Shown: in pieces, positions 22,139 through 43,220 of the stretch
How positions within the stretch are numbered: position 1 is the stretch's first letter
Layout: every line of letters starts with the position of its first letter
Source of the DNA: Macrostomum lignano
Taxonomy: Eukaryota
Assembly: GCA_002269645.1 (NCBI GenBank)
Contig: NIVC01002796.1
Span: forward strand, 1-64,000
Reading direction: 5' to 3'
DNA: 64,000 bases
The notes under the pieces: generated by a model
Told to the model about the DNA's origin: nothing
The model's database searches: none
What the model saw: the letters and a program-made list of their open reading frames with translations, nothing else
Program-made: the position numbers and the translations under genes

Positions 22139-23388
22139 TGCAGGCCTAGCTGAGGCGGGCAGCAGTGCGCCAACGGCTTTCGCTTGCAAAATAGAGAGAG
22201 AGAGAGAGACCAGGTAATCTTGAGTGTCAGTCTGCTGTCTGCCTGTATGCAGCGGAGAATTCAACCGGATCCGACGGCCGCTAATGCTGGTCCTCCCCCG
22301 AGGCCCTGCGAATCAAAAGCCAGGCTTCGTTAGGCACCGAAAAATCTCCCAGCTAAAAAATACCTGCACAAGTCCCTCTCTCACCTTTCCCTTGGTTGCT
22401 AACCTGGACCAGGTGGCACAAATGAACCTATTGAACCTGCAAACTTTGGGATTGCCTTCCTCTGACTGAGCAGACATAGAAAGTTGAGTTATTCCTGCTA
22501 CTTCCGGTGCAATACCACTTCCGGGGTTGCAATGAGCTCTCAAGTTCTCTTTGAGACAAACGGAAGTCTGAGCGGCAACTGAAGTTTTCCTATTTTAACA
22601 GCGTTTTTTCCTGAATACAGGTCCGCTTTGTGGCAGAATTGGGGTCGAATATTTGTTTTTTTCATTCTTTTCACTCCGATTTCGTTACTAACTGCGTTTA
22701 GTCTCGCAAAATCAGTTTAACAAACGAGACAGAAAATTAGGGAAAATTTCCACTTGATAAGAATCAAGGCAAGAATCAAATTGATTGTCCCTTGCAAAAT
22801 CTTTCAACTTCATGTTTTACTACCCTACTTACAACGGGGAAATCCGATGAGTAGTAAAAATAGCGTTTTTCGTTATTATAGAATCTTGGAATTCCTTTTT
22901 ATCACTCTGCTTTTCTGTGATTTATATTTCCGCGTTCTTTGCCAAATGCTTACTGTTAGTAGAAATATATGGCTCTTTCGTATGAATTATGCGATAAAAA
23001 TTAGAAGGAAGCAAAATCGGCTGACTCAGCACGCACAAGACAGGAATTCTCTGCTGAGCCAGCGCATTGTACGGAGATGACGACACTCGCATAAATCACT
23101 GGGCCAATCAGTCACTGCTGCACTGGCTCTCGACAAGAAGTGAGGTCATGCCCAGGCACCCTGGCCAGCAGCAGTCATCGCCTTGACGAATCCCCTCTCG
23201 ATCGTGATTCATACCTTGAGTCATGGTATGTCTTATAGATATTCTGTACGCTATGTTGGATATGTTTAAGTTGTCCACAAGTATATGCAGAGCGTTTGAA
23301 AATTAAAGTTTACAGATACTACAAAGGCATGTATATCTATAAATCTGAAATATACATACATCCATACATACATAAATAGATCGATAGG

Positions 23389-23953
<565 letters not shown>

Positions 23954-26342
23954 GCCTCACCGGGTATAATTAAGCATGGCAGCAGGCCCCACAGCACAAC
24001 GGTCAGAGAGCAGGCAGGAAGAATTGACGGAAATGTCACTGGGTGGCACCCGGGCGCCGCCCACCTCAGGCATTCTCTGCATAATCAGCTGCTGCACTTT
24101 CCCACGCGAAGAGCTTGCTGTGGGGGGGCTTCTCTCTGCAGCAGACTCGCACACCTGGGCTTTCCTGCTTTCTACCACACTTTACGAGCGGGTATTGCCA
24201 GGTGCTGAACTCTCGCTACCCGCCCGTGCACCGGCGCGCCATTGCTTTAGCGGAAAGCCTAACAGTCTTCTTGATTTCCGCTCCCTACCGCACAGGCGGC
24301 ACAGGCTATTGCGTGGGCGGGCATGCAGGTTCGAATCGCTCGCATTTCCGACCCCTTCGGGGGTTTTCTCTTCGTCTGTCTTTAAATGACTTTTGATCGC
24401 AAGGTATTGAGGCCTGCTGACTGATAAGGAATTAATTGCGAGCGTACATAAGCCAACCAGCGAATTAGTTGATTATATTTAGTATAGCACAGGCATCCGT
24501 GGACGCTCATTGAGCAGGAGGTCAGAAAACCACTGTAGCAACAACTATTTGTTTAGCTTTACTATTGGTTTTGCTACTACAGTGGTCCTTGTCACTCCAT
24601 CCGGCCCTCGGGCCCTTTGAAACTTCGTAATAGAATTTCCCCAGCTCTCTTCTCTTCTCTTTCTTATCCTCTCATCTCTCATCTCCTCTGACCTCTGGTA
24701 CAGAGACGGTGAGGCCATGTCATCTCCTTGAGTTTGTATTTTACTGTATCCCGTATTGATGTAAAGGTTATAATTAAATATGCACTACGTATATTCGCCT
24801 AGTTTTATGTCACTTACGTACAGCTCTCAAAATGTTTATAAAAGTTTTATTTTGTTTAATCTTCACTTGACATACAGGAAATCCTCAATGTTAGTGCTTA
24901 AAAAATGGGCGTATACCGTACATAATTTAATCATTTGTGCTTTGCATATCTGCTTTACTGCCCTGCGGATTCATTTGTGCCGCGGGTAAATAAGGCTAAG
25001 ACGCAATTCTGCTTTATTAGGCAGCATAGGTTTTGCTTTTCCAGTGCAAAAGCAGTTCAGCGTGGCTGAATAAGCGAGAGAGTAAGGGGCCAGAGGCCGT
25101 ACCGCATGACCAATTGGTGACGCCTTATCTGTAGAATGTTCGCGAAAGACCAAAATAGGCCACCACCCCATAGTGAGTCACGCAGTAAAACGGGGGGGGG
25201 TGATCGCACTGGGGTTGACCTCAAGGCTATTGCAGATCTATTTTTAGCAACAGCACACGCACACGCAGTAATCCCCTCATAGCTTAGTATGGTAACCGAC
25301 GGGGGCATTTGAAGTGCAAATCCAGTTCAGACTTCCGACTTCCGAGCCAATCGCTCCCAATCCCGATGAGCAAAAACGGCGGTGAGTCACGCGGAATGAG
25401 CGCCGCACCCGCTACGGAAAGTGAAAGTCTTATTAATATATAGCTTTGCATATCAGAATTTATTACAGTTTTAGTTTATATTTAACAATTAATAACGCAG
25501 TATATAAACATATCCAACTATTTAATAAAACATTACTGCAAGCCGCCAAGAGTAACCAACTGACACGAGCGTAGACGATGGCGCGGATGACAGTTTACTG
25601 AATAAAATGGATATACAAAAATGAAACCTGCAGATAAAGCTCTGATAAAGAATTCGGGTTAATAATAACAATAATATAATTTTATAAGGCTTATATAATA
25701 AACAAAAATGATGCGCTCTTCTCTGTATTTTTAAACAAAATAACATTTAGATGCGAAAAACAGCAGATCAAACTTAACTGTGTACAGAGCAAGGCAAAAG
25801 ACCTATATTTATAAAACCTGTTCTCTGGTAAAAATTGTTTTTTTATTTTTTTGATTACTTTCTTACGCTGGCTAGAAAAGAGACAGATTATGCATTGAAA
25901 ATGCTTCAAAGGCCTTTATCAGCTAGATAAAAATATAAGGAGCAAAAATAACAGGCAGAGAAGAGCGGGGGCGGTTGTATCATAGAGTAAAAATAAGCAG
26001 TGAACTATTAGCAATTTATATAAATATAAAATTGGTGCTTGGGGTGAAGGCGCAAAAATCAATTATCAAATCTTAACTACAATAGCACACAGTTATTAGC
26101 AAGTGCTAAGCAGTGCTCCTACATTTAATCGAAAAGATGAAATACTTAGTTGCTAATATGATTAAATTGGCTATCAGGCATCTAGAATTATAAGTGACAT
26201 ATACAGCCAAAACAATCAGCATATTTAGTCAACCTAAGGTTTATAACCAAAACGCAGTTCCAGTATTAATCGCAATAGTTTGTATAATTGTTGAAATGAA
26301 TACGCGAACAAGGGTGAAGCGGTCAGAGAGTTAACACTGAAT

Positions 26343-28355
26343 TCACATCCAGCCAGAGAAGGCGGCTGAGTTCGGTGCTGGCGACTCGCCAAGTTGCTCG
26401 TTGCTTCTGACCTTCTTCAGCGAGGCCAGCTGCTCGGCTGTTGGCCAGTCAGCGGTCGCGCCGGCGGCTCCGGCGGGGGTGATGGGGCTGACGGGCGTGT
26501 CGGCGGAGTAGCGGCGCTGCTCGGCGAGGCCGCCGAAGAAAAGGGCGCTGTTCCACAGGCGCTTCGGCCGCTCCTGCTCCGGCCAGAGCCGGCGGGCGTC
26601 CTTCAGGGTCTGCTGCTGCTGGGGCTCGTTTAGCAGTGACATCTGGGCGATCCCAATGCAGGCGTCAGCTCCGACATCGTCGCTGCTAGCAGCGGCGGCG
26701 GGTCCGGCAGCCGGGGTGACGCTGACAGTCGGGGCGGCCGACTCAGCTTTGGTCTGGCGCACCTGATGAAAATCGGCCACCAGTTTGAGGGCCTCGACGG
26801 AGCGGGGCAAGCTGGGCTCGAGCCACAGGCCTGGGCAGCGCATGGCAACGTACTCGGAGATGAGCTGCTTGGCAAACTGGACCCGTTCCTTGGTGCCGCA
26901 GATGGTGAAGCAGGTGCGCAGGCCGGGCTGCTTCTCCTGCTTGCGCGGCGTGGCGATGTGCGTGTCTGAGAGCTGCTGCACCCAGCGGATGGTCTGGCCA
27001 GAGGCGCCCACAATGAGGCCGACCTTGTCCTGCTCAACATACAGTCGCTCCTCCACTCTAGTGGGTTCAGTGCGAGTCTGACGTTCCTGCTGCACCCGGG
27101 TAAAGTGCTCACTCATCTGCTGCAGAATTCGGATCGCCTGCAAACAATTGATTGTGGGCTATTTGTTGAATGACTTAAGCACAATTTAGTGGTTCTTGTA
27201 TTTTTGGCAATGTGCCAAGTTTTATATGCTCAATATGCATTAGTTGGAAAATTAAAAATTAAGCAACAGTGACTCACCTCAGCAACTTTATCTGGCACTC
27301 CAGTGACTTCAAAGATAGGCAGCTCATCTCTTGTTGGTGTCTTGACCCAAACCTTCAAGTGTTCACGGATCTGCTTGATGCGGAGGCCTGGAATAAGTAA
27401 AAAATAAGTTAAAATTAGCTAAATAAAAAAATAAATGAACCAGTAATTAGAAAGAAAATAAGTTTTAAATATTAAAATTCAAAATAGGCCTATTCTAATC
27501 TAAAAAAACTTATATAAAATATACTTAAATAAAAGAAGCTTATTTTAAATTTAAAGATTACAAATCAAGACAATATGCTAAATAAATTACTAAATAAGAA
27601 ATTTTCAAACTAAAATATTTGGAAGCAACAATTAATTCTCAAAGAGGAATTTTTTACACTTTACCTACATTAATTGAAAATTAATAAAAAACAAAATTAT
27701 TTAGATTAGATGATATGCCATTTCTCATGATGATTGATGTTAAGAAAAATATACAAACACACTTACCATTCTTGCCAACAATTTCAGCCACATGATCAGA
27801 TGATGGAACTTGAATGCGCTCAGTAATTGTTATCTGTCGCTTGCCCTGAGCAATCGAAGCTTGCATTATTAGTCTTTGGAACAAATCGCGGGACCTATTC
27901 TCAAAGGTGGCCTGTCGCAGGTGGTTGTCAAAATCGGCACTGGCTGTCATTTGTTCAATGGCAGAAGTTCCAGCAGCTGATGAAGTCGCTGACTGGGTAG
28001 CAGAACTTGACAAATGATCCAAACTTTGAAGACTAAAATTTGCATCACCAAATGCTTCTGTACCTTCTGTTCTTGTCGCAAGTCCACAGCCAAGAATCGG
28101 CCTCCATGACGCACTGTCGCTCAATTCCGATCCACGAATACCGCTAGCTTGAGTAGTCTTCTGGTTTGCAAGCAAATTTAGCAGGGACTCTGGGTCCAAC
28201 TCTCCCATCTTCGGTAGTTCGACGTGTTCGAGAGTGGGAAGAACACGAGAAAGAAAATCAGACAGAGAGCTTTCTTCCGTTTTCGGGTTTCTATCCACAA
28301 CAGAGTCGCTTTTAAAGTCACGACGTGATGAGTACTCGACGTCAACGTTCGACAT
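26343..28355 (-). CDS. mex3: MEX3-like RNA-binding protein with two KH domains and no C-terminal RING
   Basis: Exons 28355-27767, 27387-27278, 27137-26343, phases consistent. KH1 VPSSDHVAEIVGKNGLRIK..KTPTRDELPIFEVTG matches MEX3 VPSSEHVAEIVGRQGCKIK..KTPVRGEEPVF; KH2 KVGLIVGASGQTI. Confidence 0.85.
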
Positions 28356-30190
28356 GCTAGAATTAGAAGTTCAATAGCAGGCAAAGCCTCTGATTCCACT
28401 ATTTGGGTTGCTGATGAAAACACGTGGACAGGGCTCGTATATATACGCGAAATTCCAGCGACTGATGTCATTAAAAGATTATAACAAAAAGTATGTAGCG
28501 AAAAGCTAAATTCAAGAAAAAAAACAATAAATTATACTACTTCAAATTTTATACGTTTTATTAACTACAAAATTCTTTTCGATAATGTTATCTTTGTTTT
28601 TCAGTTTCCTTTTGGAGCTAAATATAGATATCTTAAAATAGACTTGGTTTTCTTCAAGGCCTTTTTTGGGTTTCCCAGTTGAAGAAGAATTGGGAAAGGT
28701 GCATACAGACGAACGAATGACTACTAAGTAAAAAGGACGCGACACTCCCCATCTATGGAAAAGTTTTGGGGAGTTTGTTTGCATTGTCGCATTGAACCTA
28801 AAATTTAAATGCTCATAACTCCGGGTTAGCTGCACCTAAAATGGTAACTTTTTGCCTGCTTTTTCAAAACTGTTCTCTTTAACATGATGTAAAGTTTGGA
28901 GCTATATCTACATGTGGGAATGGCAGACGTACATACAGTAGAGTGACGACAACATCAAATATTTCATTGCAGTAAAAATGAATAAAGTTGCAGTCATTTC
29001 AGCGCTATTATTACTTAGTCTCGACAAAGTAGCAAATCAAAAGTAGCCAGCAGTTTAGCATCTTTAAAAGCGCATACCGTACAGCGTTGAACAGGCGGCA
29101 AAGAAAGCTATATACATTTCTTCATTATCAAAACGGTATTATCTTTACAAACTTCAGTCTGGTAAATTTTGCATTGTTGAATTAGTTAGCAGTATGTCTG
29201 CTAAAAAGCATTGCAAGTTTTAAATGAGTTGTAAGGTTGCATCACAGATACTACCTGTTTTATTATCTGTGGGTTGTATGTAGTAACATAAATTCAAATG
29301 CCAATATAACAATCTTAAAAAATTGTGCATACACCTATTTTGGGGTTTCTGTCGCACAAAGCTTTCTTTAAAACAGTCGAATAGAATTCTTTGTTGAAGG
29401 CAAAGCATCGCCTTCTTTCTTCACTAGCAAACAAACACGTATAAATGCATTCCAATTACATGTACTCGTAGGTAGCTATACTTCTGTATACATTTTCATT
29501 ATCTGTTCAAGGGTTGTACAGTTTAAGCGCGGGCGTGGATTATTCTCCAGCCGTCCAGCAAAAACTGAAGATTCATTCCTTGAGGGTCAAAGTTTAGATT
29601 GTATATTTTCATATTTTAGTTCAATATTTTTTAGCTTCCTGAGCACCCGAATTCCAATTCTGTTTTTTTTTAATCCGATCTCCATCTCAGGACGGCCGTT
29701 GATCAGAGGAATTGATTTGTTGAAACAATCAGGGGCTTTTTCTTTCGATAAACTGTCAAGAGTTTTAGTCAAGGTAAAGTCTCTATTATTAAGTTGCTAT
29801 GCATAATTTTTAGCGTACTTGCCAACGTGAAATTGAAACGTGGCTAAAATTAGTATAGCCTAAAATAGGCGTGCATTTCCACCCTTAAGACTGAATTATG
29901 CGAGAATTTCCCGAAAGAACCTAAAATAGATTATAACTCAATGTGAAACAGCATGGCATAAGTAGAGCTGGCAGTTGGCTAGATTAGTTACAAAAATTAC
30001 GAGCTCCTTACGAGCCTCCTATACTACTTTACGATATGTATCGAAAAGAAAGTAAAGTTCAATTTGAATTTTTATGCGGGAGTTACGTACTGTAGTTATT
30101 TTTTTAATTTAACGTCATTTAAGTTTCTCTATCAAACAATTTTATGCACATTTAACTAATCGAAGCTTCCCTTTATGCGAGGAAAAATTC

Positions 30191-30263
30191 TGTCCAAGAT
30201 GGGATTCGAACCCATAACCTTCAGCTCCGAAAACCGACGCCTTATCCATTAGAACACTTGGAA
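30191..30263 (-). tRNA. tRNA-Arg(TCG), degenerate, probable pseudogene
   Basis: 73-nt cloverleaf TTCCAAGTGTTCTAATGGATAAGGCGTCGGTTTTCGGAGCTGAAGGTTATGGGTTCGAATCCCATCTTGGACA followed by TTTTT. Mismatches at T1:C72 and T10:C25. Confidence 0.7.
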
Positions 30264-30689
30264 CACAGCTAATAGGGGCGCCCTTAACGTGACAATTTTA
30301 ACTTGTGGCAGGCTTAATAATATGTTTACGCGAGGCTCACAGTGCGCGCTACGATTTTTCTGTCTGATTATGTAAATTAACTGTTTAACAATTCGTAAAC
30401 AATTCAGCTCATTTATCGACCTGGCCTTGTTTCCTTACCTCGTTTTCAATGTAGCGAACTATTTATTTACCATGCAAGCTTTGTGTCCCCCGTGTGTTTT
30501 AATCATCATCAATATTTATACGACGTGGAAAAACTTGTTGATTACATATGCTAGCTGACTCAAAATCATTAAAGTCATTTTCGATAGGCCGGTAACTTTA
30601 TTTTAGTCTTTAAAAACCACACTGACAGAGGCAACTTATGGAGAATGATAAGACTACAAGATTCAAACTGAACAGGTCAGTGTGGAAAC

Positions 30690-31150
30690 AGGGTTCAGCC
30701 CATAGACAGGTCAGTGTGGATACAGGGTTCAGCCCATAGACAGGTCAGTGGATACAGGGTTCAGCCCATAGACAGGTCAGTGGATACAGGGTTCAGACAG
30801 CGAGCACCCAAGGACAGCGAGCACCCAAGGACAACAATTGCACCCAAGGACAGCGAGCACCCAAGGACAACAATTGCATCCAAGGACAGCGAGCACCCAA
30901 GGACAACAATTGCACCCAAGGACAGCGAGCACCCAAGGACAACAATTGCATCCAAGGACAGCGAGCACCCAAGGACAACAATTGCACCCAAGGACAGCGA
31001 GCACCCAAGGACAACAATTGCACCCAAGGACAGCGAGCACCCAAGGACAACAATTGCACCCAAGGACAGCGAACACCCAAGGACAACATCTGCACCCAAG
31101 GACAGCGAGCACCCAAGGACAACGATTGCACCCAAGGACAGGGAGCACCC
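30690..31150. repeat. Adjacent minisatellites: ~35-bp unit (30690-30795) and 36-bp unit GCACCCAAGGACAGCGAGCACCCAAGGACAACAATT (30805-31150)
   Basis: Direct reading. Confidence 0.9.
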
Positions 31151-31711
31151 AATACAGTTTGGGGCCGCATTCAAAGTTTAGACTAAAGACAGGGACCACT
31201 AATACATTTAGAAAACTTTCATTTTCGGAACTTGCAATTTACCATCGAATGGAAGAGGTAAGAATTTCGTAAAATTTGACGATTGCAACGAATGAAGTGA
31301 AATGCGAGCGTAAACAAAGTTTTATTATTTCCGCTCCAGCTGCGAGGTATACAAAAGCTGCAATCATAACTTAATAATTTACACTAAAAGTTCACTGCAT
31401 GTATATAATGGCTGGGAATACCTAAACGTATTCGCATATAAGGCGCTTAGCCAGTGCACATTCAAGCAAAAATTTCTATTCTTGGCCAAACCCCCAGTTG
31501 CCGGAATTCTTGCCACCCTAAGCACACAAGCAGCCAGTCAGAGCCTACGCTTGCTTTTAGCCTATGGCCTTCTATCTATAGCCTGTGTCACACAGCTCTT
31601 TTATTCGGCCAAAATAGCAAGAAAAGCCTGTCGAGCATGCATTAAATTTTGACGCTCTCTCATTCTCTAAATCCTCGTCAGGCATTTCAATCATCGCAAA
31701 TAATCGACAGG

Positions 31712-38897
<7,186 letters not shown>

Positions 38898-38924
38898 ATC
38901 TGCTGGGATCGCTGAATCTCATCC

Positions 38925-39580
38925 TTGAGTTCTCAATCCTGAATTCTCATTCCTGAATTCTCATCCCTGAATTCTCATCCCTGAATTCTCATCCCTGAAT
39001 TCTCATCCCTGAATTCTCATCCCTGAATTCTCATCCCTGAATTCTCATCCCTGAATTCTCATCCCTGAATTCTCATCCCTGAATTCTCATCCCTGAATTC
39101 TCATCCCTGAATTCTCATTCCTGAATCTCAACCCTTATTCTTATCCCTTAATCTTATCTCTGAGTTTCATCCTTGAACCTCATCCTTGAATCTTATCCCT
39201 GAATCTCATCCCTGAATCTAAACTCTGAATCTTATCCCTGAGTTTCATCCTTGAACCTCATCCTGAATCTTTTGCCTGAATCTCATGCGTGAATCTTATT
39301 CCTGAGTTTCATCCCTGAGTCTCACCTCTGAATTCTCATCCCTGACTCTCACCCCTGAATTCTCATCTCTGAGTCTCACCCTGAATTCTCATCCCTGAAT
39401 TCTCATCCCTAAACCTTATCCCTGAATTCTCATCCCTAAATCCCATCCCTTAATCTCATCCCTGAATCTTATCCCTGATTCTCGACCCGAATCTCATCCC
39501 TGCATTCTCATCCCTGAATTCTCATCTCTGAGTCTCATCTCTGAATCTCACTCCTGAATCTCACTCCTGAATCACACTTC
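38925..39580. repeat. 14-bp minisatellite TGAATTCTCATCCC, degenerating 3'
   Basis: Direct reading. Confidence 0.9.
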
Positions 39581-40176
39581 CATCTGCTACTGGATCCCAG
39601 CCCTGAACCTCACTGTAACTGGCAGTGAATGGCACCCCAGACAATGCACGCCATCTTCAGCGAACCTCCCCTGCAATTCCTCAATCTCACAGATCTTCGA
39701 CAGTCAAAGTGGTTCAGCAGCAGCAGCCGCCACCGCCGCAGTCCTGGATGTCCTCATCGTCAGCTTCAGAGAGCGCCAGCAGCGATGTTGACGCAAACAT
39801 AAGTGACACTGATGAGGCTGGCATGGTTGCTGGACTGATGGAGTCCGGAGTCTGAGGCGAATCCGCCCGCACAATGAAACTTTACTGTGTTGCTTTTTAA
39901 GCAACAGCAAAATGGCTTTTCACTCAGCTGTAGCTTTTACACATTTTACGGCGTCATCATTTCTGCTTGAACCACGTGTAACAATTTCAACTACTGCTTG
40001 AAATACTACTGATATATTACTGTTAGTATTAAACTAAGCCCTTCCTTTGCAAAGAAATAACAGCAAGAAAAGTAGTTTTGCACGATCGATTGAATCGATT
40101 TAATATATTAGTCTTTTGATACTTTATTTTGGGGATATCATAAAGAAGAAAAAAAAATATAAGCATAATGTAATTC

Positions 40177-41428
40177 CGCTACCGCTTCCGCTACCGCTTC
40201 CGCTACCGCTTCCGCTACCGCTTCCGCTACCGCTTCCGCTACCGCTTCCGCTACCGCTTCCGCTACCGCTTCCGCTACCGCTTCCGCTACCGCTTCCGCT
40301 ACCGCTTCCGCTACCGCTTCCGCTACCGCTTCCGCTACCGCTTCCGCTACCGCTTCCGCTACCGCTTCCGCTACCGCTTCCGCTACCGCTTCCGCTACCG
40401 CTTCCGCTACCGCTTCCGCTACCGCTTCCGCTACCGCTTCCGCTACCGCTTCCGCTACCGCTTCCGCTACCGCTTCCGCTACCGCTTCCGCTACCGCTTC
40501 CGCTACCGCTTCCGCTACCGCTTCCGCTACCGCTTCCGCTACCGCTTCCGCTACCGCTTCCGCTACCGCTTCCGCTACCGCTTCCGCTACCGCTTCCGCT
40601 ACCGCTTCCGCTACCGCTTCCGCTACCGCTTCCGCTACCGCTTCCGCTACCGCTTCCGCTACCGCTTCCGCTACCGCTTCCGCTACCGCTTCCGCTACCG
40701 CTTCCGCTACCGCTTCCGCTACCGCTTCCGCTACCGCTTCCGCTACCGCTTCCGCTACCGCTTCCGCTACCGCTTCCGCTACCGCTTCCGCTACCGCTTC
40801 CGCTACCGCTTCCGCTACCGCTTCCGCTACCGCTTCCGCTACCGCTTCCGCTACCGCTTCCGCTACCGCTTCCGCTACCGCTTCCGCTACCGCTTCCGCT
40901 ACCGCTTCCGCTACCGCTTCCGCTACCGCTTCCGCTACCGCTTCCGCTACCGCTTCCGCTACCGCTTCCGCTACCGCTTCCGCTACCGCTTCCGCTACCG
41001 CTTCCGCTACCGCTTCCGCTACCGCTTCCGCTACCGCTTCCGCTACCGCTTCCGCTACCGCTTCCGCTACCGCTTCCGCTACCGCTTCCGCTACCGCTTC
41101 CGCTACCGCTTCCGCTACCGCTTCCGCTACCGCTTCCGCTACCGCTTCCGCTACCGCTTCCGCTACCGCTTCCGCTACCGCTTCCGCTACCGCTTCCGCT
41201 ACCGCTTCCGCTACCGCTTCCGCTACCGCTTCCGCTACCGCTTCCGCTACCGCTTCCGCTACCGCTTCCGCTACCGCTTCCGCTACCGCTTCCGCTACCG
41301 CTTCCGCTACCGCTTCCGCTACCGCTTCCGCTACCGCTTCCGCTACCGCTTCCGCTACCGCTTCCGCTACCGCTTCCGCTACCGCTTCCGCTACCGCTTC
41401 CGCTACCGCTTCCGCTACCGCTCCGCTA
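40177..41428. repeat. Essentially perfect 12-bp array (CCGCTACCGCTT)n, about 104 units
   Basis: No variant unit seen until the last one. Confidence 0.98.
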
Positions 41429-41940
41429 CGCTAATGGCATGGGAATATAGAAAATAAAACACGCAATTTTATTTGTGATTTTCATTAGAGCTCATTAAAG
41501 GTTCAACTATAACAAAATAAAAGCTTAAAGCGGAGTGTAGTGAACTAAAAGCTACGATTCACGAAACAGCTGAAGCTAATAATGCAGAGTAAAAATTCGA
41601 CGCTATCAATAACTCGACGTGCTGGTTAATTTCTAAAGTCTCACCTATTTGAGAAAAGCATAATTACGAGAATAGGAAACAGTATTGTGGCGGCTAGCCT
41701 AATGACTTTCACTTTAGTCTATGACACCACTTTTTCTTTTACGCACCGCGCTACTCTATTTAGCCCACGGGCATAATCAAATATAAAACCAACCGTGTTC
41801 CTTTAATTTTCGCCTTGCTCAGCAAGCCGCCAAAGTATACAATATTATGAGAGATATGGAAATCTTATAGTAACAGTAGGACAAATAACTCGAACACTTG
41901 ACAACTTGCTGCAGCTCCACAGCAGAGAGTCTAACTAACA

Positions 41941-42425
<485 letters not shown>

Positions 42426-43030
42426 CAAAGTAACAAAATGTTATTTTTTAATCTGTGAATCATTTGATTTTTTCATCTCGAGTCAAGCAGGCTTTGCCAG
42501 CCGGTCGAACGCAGAACTCGGTGGGGTTTGTGGCGCTCAGGTGGCGCTCAGGTGGCGCTCAGGTGGCGCTCAGGTCCTGGCGCCTCTGTCGATCGGCGGC
42601 GGCTGTGCCGGGTGGCGCGGCTCGCCGTCCTCGTCGTAGGCGTCCAGAAAGCCAAGATGCTGCTCAGCCGCGGCCGCTTCAACCACGGCGGGAGCGACGG
42701 CGGCGGCGGGGGCGATGCCCAGCTGCGGGAGTTCCGGGACAGCAGCGGTAAACACATCTGGTTGTCGCGCCAGAGTCCCTGGTTCGACTCTGTGCGCGAA
42801 CATATTAACTTGGGACTTGTGCACGGATCTGAGGTGCGAATCTCACTCGTGAGGGCAGGGAGATTGTACATGCCCGATGATAGGAAGGTCCGGACCGCTG
42901 CACACCCTGTGTGAGCGTGTGCCTGCGTGCGTATCCGCGCTTACGTACTGCGTGTGCGTGCTCAGAGATTAGCGGAGTGGACGGAATTGGATTGAAGGAA
43001 CCCAAATCCTAAACACCCTAACCCTAACCC

Positions 43031-43220
43031 CAAACACACAAACCCTCATCTAAACACGCAAACCCTCATCTAAACACACAAACCCTCATCTAAACACACA
43101 AACCCTCATCTAAACACACAAACCCTCATCTAAACACACAAACCCTCATCTAAACACACAAACCCTCATCTAAACACACAAACCCTCATCTAAACACACA
43201 AACCCTCATCTAAACACACA
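43031..43220. repeat. 20-bp minisatellite AACCCTCATCTAAACACACA preceded by 2-3 CCCTAA-like units
   Basis: Direct reading. Confidence 0.9.

Noticed and set aside
22500-22570. ETS-like ACTTCCGG motifs as the TRP promoter
   Set aside because: Plausible, but short motifs alone cannot support the call.
24325-24375. GGTTCGAATC plus ACCCC-TTCG-GGGGT hairpin and T-run (ncRNA or terminator)
   Set aside because: No A box or cloverleaf; single short hairpin without other support.
40116-41450. 444-aa poly-(LP) ORF
   Set aside because: Translation of a perfect 12-bp repeat.
43010-43030. Interstitial telomere
   Set aside because: Only 2-3 CCCTAA units; within chance for this AC-rich tract.
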